A stretch of 64,000 bases of DNA from Candidatus Poribacteria bacterium. Lineage in GTDB: Bacteria; Poribacteria; WGA-4E; WGA-3G. Shown here one piece after another: positions 62,738 to 64,000 of the stretch (positions within the stretch are counted from its first letter, which is position 1; every line of letters begins with the position of its first letter). The notes beneath the pieces are model-generated. The model did not search any database. It saw nothing but the letters and a program-made list of their open reading frames with translations, and was not told the origin of the DNA. Location of the stretch: contig VXPE01000070.1 in the NCBI GenBank assembly GCA_009839745.1, positions 24,445-88,444 of the forward strand, read 5' to 3'. Position numbers and translations under genes: made by a program.

Positions 62738-63853
62738 TTATACTTCTGCTTGCCATGGGGGTTTCGCGGCAAAAATTGTCAGCCGCAATTCTTCGTCAAA
62801 CATTTCATATACAGGTGTCCTGCCACTCAGTGCTTCGCTTTCGTTCAAAATGATACCGACCCCTTCCCCTCGGCGTTCCAAAAAGAGCCGACGCACCACC
62901 TGCCTGCTCATATCATCGTCCAATGTAATTTCTGAAAGTAAGCGAGCAAGGAGTTCGTTACGCGTGGCTTGGCTGTAGCGTAAATTGTCCACTGTCACGG
63001 TATTCGCCAGTGCCCCTGGAGAGTAAAGTTCCAGTCGGTCAGAAAACATAAACAGGCGAATCTTTGAACCCGTTTTGGAATAATCCCTGTGGACAACCGC
63101 GTTCACTACTGCTTCAAACACGGCACGCATGCTGTATTCTGGGAAGTCTATCCTGCCGATGTCCTTCCGTGCGGCGACCGCGTTGTATCTGTAGACAAAT
63201 CCCATAGCATCTATTATCTGTTGGTCCAAGGGGCACCTAAAGTCCTTTGCATCGATCTGGTCGTTCGCGTCTCTTTCCTTCCCACGATAGAAAACAGCCT
63301 GAATGAAACTGTTATAGAGGTAATCATCGGGTTTGTCATGACACATCAGGACTCCCGCGACAGAGACACGGTTCTGCTGGTCTTCTTTGACCAACAAACG
63401 TCTTTTCAGCAGCAAATCTTCTACCGCATCCGCTGTCGCGCTTTGCGTGATAAATCGCTCGTAGAGGTCGCTTTTGAGTGTGTCTTTACTCGTATTCGGG
63501 ACGAATTGTTCATCGAAAGCAATGATACGTGCCTGCGATCGGCTTTGAAATAATCGAGCTAACTGCTCGGTAGGCATCTCTGTTTTACTACTTCCCTGAC
63601 GAATGAAGTAACCGTTAGAGGTCTTATGAATAAACAGACTTCGCGGCACCTCTATTTTTAACAGATTTTTATCATCAATCCGCAGTTTCACTGTAAAAAT
63701 GAAAAGCACCGGGTCAATACTGTCTTGGCATATTTCGATGCCTGTTTTTTCCGCCGTATCCAGTTCTTGCTGGTCATAAACAACGGGTACCTCTTCAATG
63801 GAGCGTGGCAACTCTGGTAACTGGGGTTTTCTGTTTTGGGGCTCTGTGTTCAT
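62738..63853 (-). CDS. AlbA_2/HATPase_c_4-type putative transcriptional regulator (N-terminally short)
   Basis: 'VVNAVVHRDYSKTGSKIRLFMFSDRLELYSPGAL' and 'YSQATRNELLARLL'. Only the distal part of the AlbA_2 domain ('GYFIRQGSSKTEM') is present. Confidence 0.65.
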   Translation of the reverse strand: MNTEPQNRKPQLPELPRSIEEVPVVYDQQELDTAEKTGIEICQDSIDPVLFIFTVKLRIDDKNLLKIEVPRSLFIHKTSNGYFIRQGSSKTEMPTEQLARLFQSRSQARIIAFDEQFVPNTSKDTLKSDLYERFITQSATADAVEDLLLKRRLLVKEDQQNRVSVAGVLMCHDKPDDYLYNSFIQAVFYRGKERDANDQIDAKDFRCPLDQQIIDAMGFVYRYNAVAARKDIGRIDFPEYSMRAVFEAVVNAVVHRDYSKTGSKIRLFMFSDRLELYSPGALANTVTVDNLRYSQATRNELLARLLSEITLDDDMSRQVVRRLFLERRGEGVGIILNESEALSGRTPVYEMFDEELRLTIFAAKPPWQAEV

Positions 63854-64000
63854 GGTTTTCCCTCTTTGCGAAACGCTGCGAAATGCTGCGAATTATAGCG
63901 AAATGTATCGTCTTTGGGGATTTCAATTCCAAAACAAAACTTGTCTTAACTTTACGGAATTTTGTCCCTAATAAGCGTTGGCACTTCACCTGAATTATCT

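Overview
This is a bacterial chromosomal window, read on both strands. I found no rRNA, tRNA or CRISPR array. All family calls come from motif recognition in the supplied translations; no database or profile search was run. The ORF track prints M for GTG/TTG starts, and I reset several starts using RBS and homology logic.

Layout:
(1) 1-36.0 kb holds core-type genes. These are a partial AddB-like nuclease, Mn-type sodA, a T-box-controlled ilvB-ilvN-ilvC cluster, a GNAT and an FG-GAP protein. Next come a PhyH dioxygenase / 2-hydroxyacid dehydrogenase / family-5 SBP cluster and a HEAT+TPR membrane protein. Then a 1225-aa S8 peptidase with FG-GAP repeats and a T9SS-type C-terminal domain, an AlsS-like TPP enzyme, mtnA and an amidohydrolase. 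The block ends with a cold-shock-domain protein carrying an Hfq/Sm-like C-terminus, ferredoxin, recJ-relA/spoT, rpmB, a GT4 glycosyltransferase, and an ECF sigma factor plus DUF4097 protein.
(2) About 36.0-48.4 kb is an accessory island that looks A+T-richer by eye. All its genes are on the minus strand except one IS transposase and an IS3 scar. In transcription order: an unknown 314-aa ORF, a type III Res-like helicase-nuclease, a HigB/HigA-like pair, a TIR-TPR gene split by an IS982-family element, an IS3 scar, a GT51-like glycosyltransferase overlapping a nucleotidyltransferase-like ORF, a type III Mod-like N6-MTase, and a DUF2806-like ORF. A Uma2-family endonuclease sits at the right edge.
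(3) 48.4-64 kb holds a sugar ABC importer (SBP plus two permeases), a PhyH-HEAT fusion, a di-haem cytochrome c peroxidase, a PAP2 phosphatase, a CE4 deacetylase and a Tat-signal aldo/keto reductase. It continues with an ASPIC/UnbV FG-GAP protein, a TPR lipoprotein, a LamG protein, a third PhyH enzyme and an AlbA_2/HATPase_c_4-type regulator.

Several small dispersed repeat families (MITE-like palindromes, conserved hairpins, a GGAAGATT-type element) populate intergenic DNA, and one copy sits in-frame inside a gene. Many genes carry near-consensus sigma70 promoters.

The best candidate for something undescribed is the tightly packed GT51-like / NTase-like / Mod / DUF2806-like block inside the island. 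The gene content (PhyH expansion, FG-GAP/ASPIC, TPR/HEAT, T9SS tail) suggests an uncultured non-Firmicute lineage, but that is only a guess.
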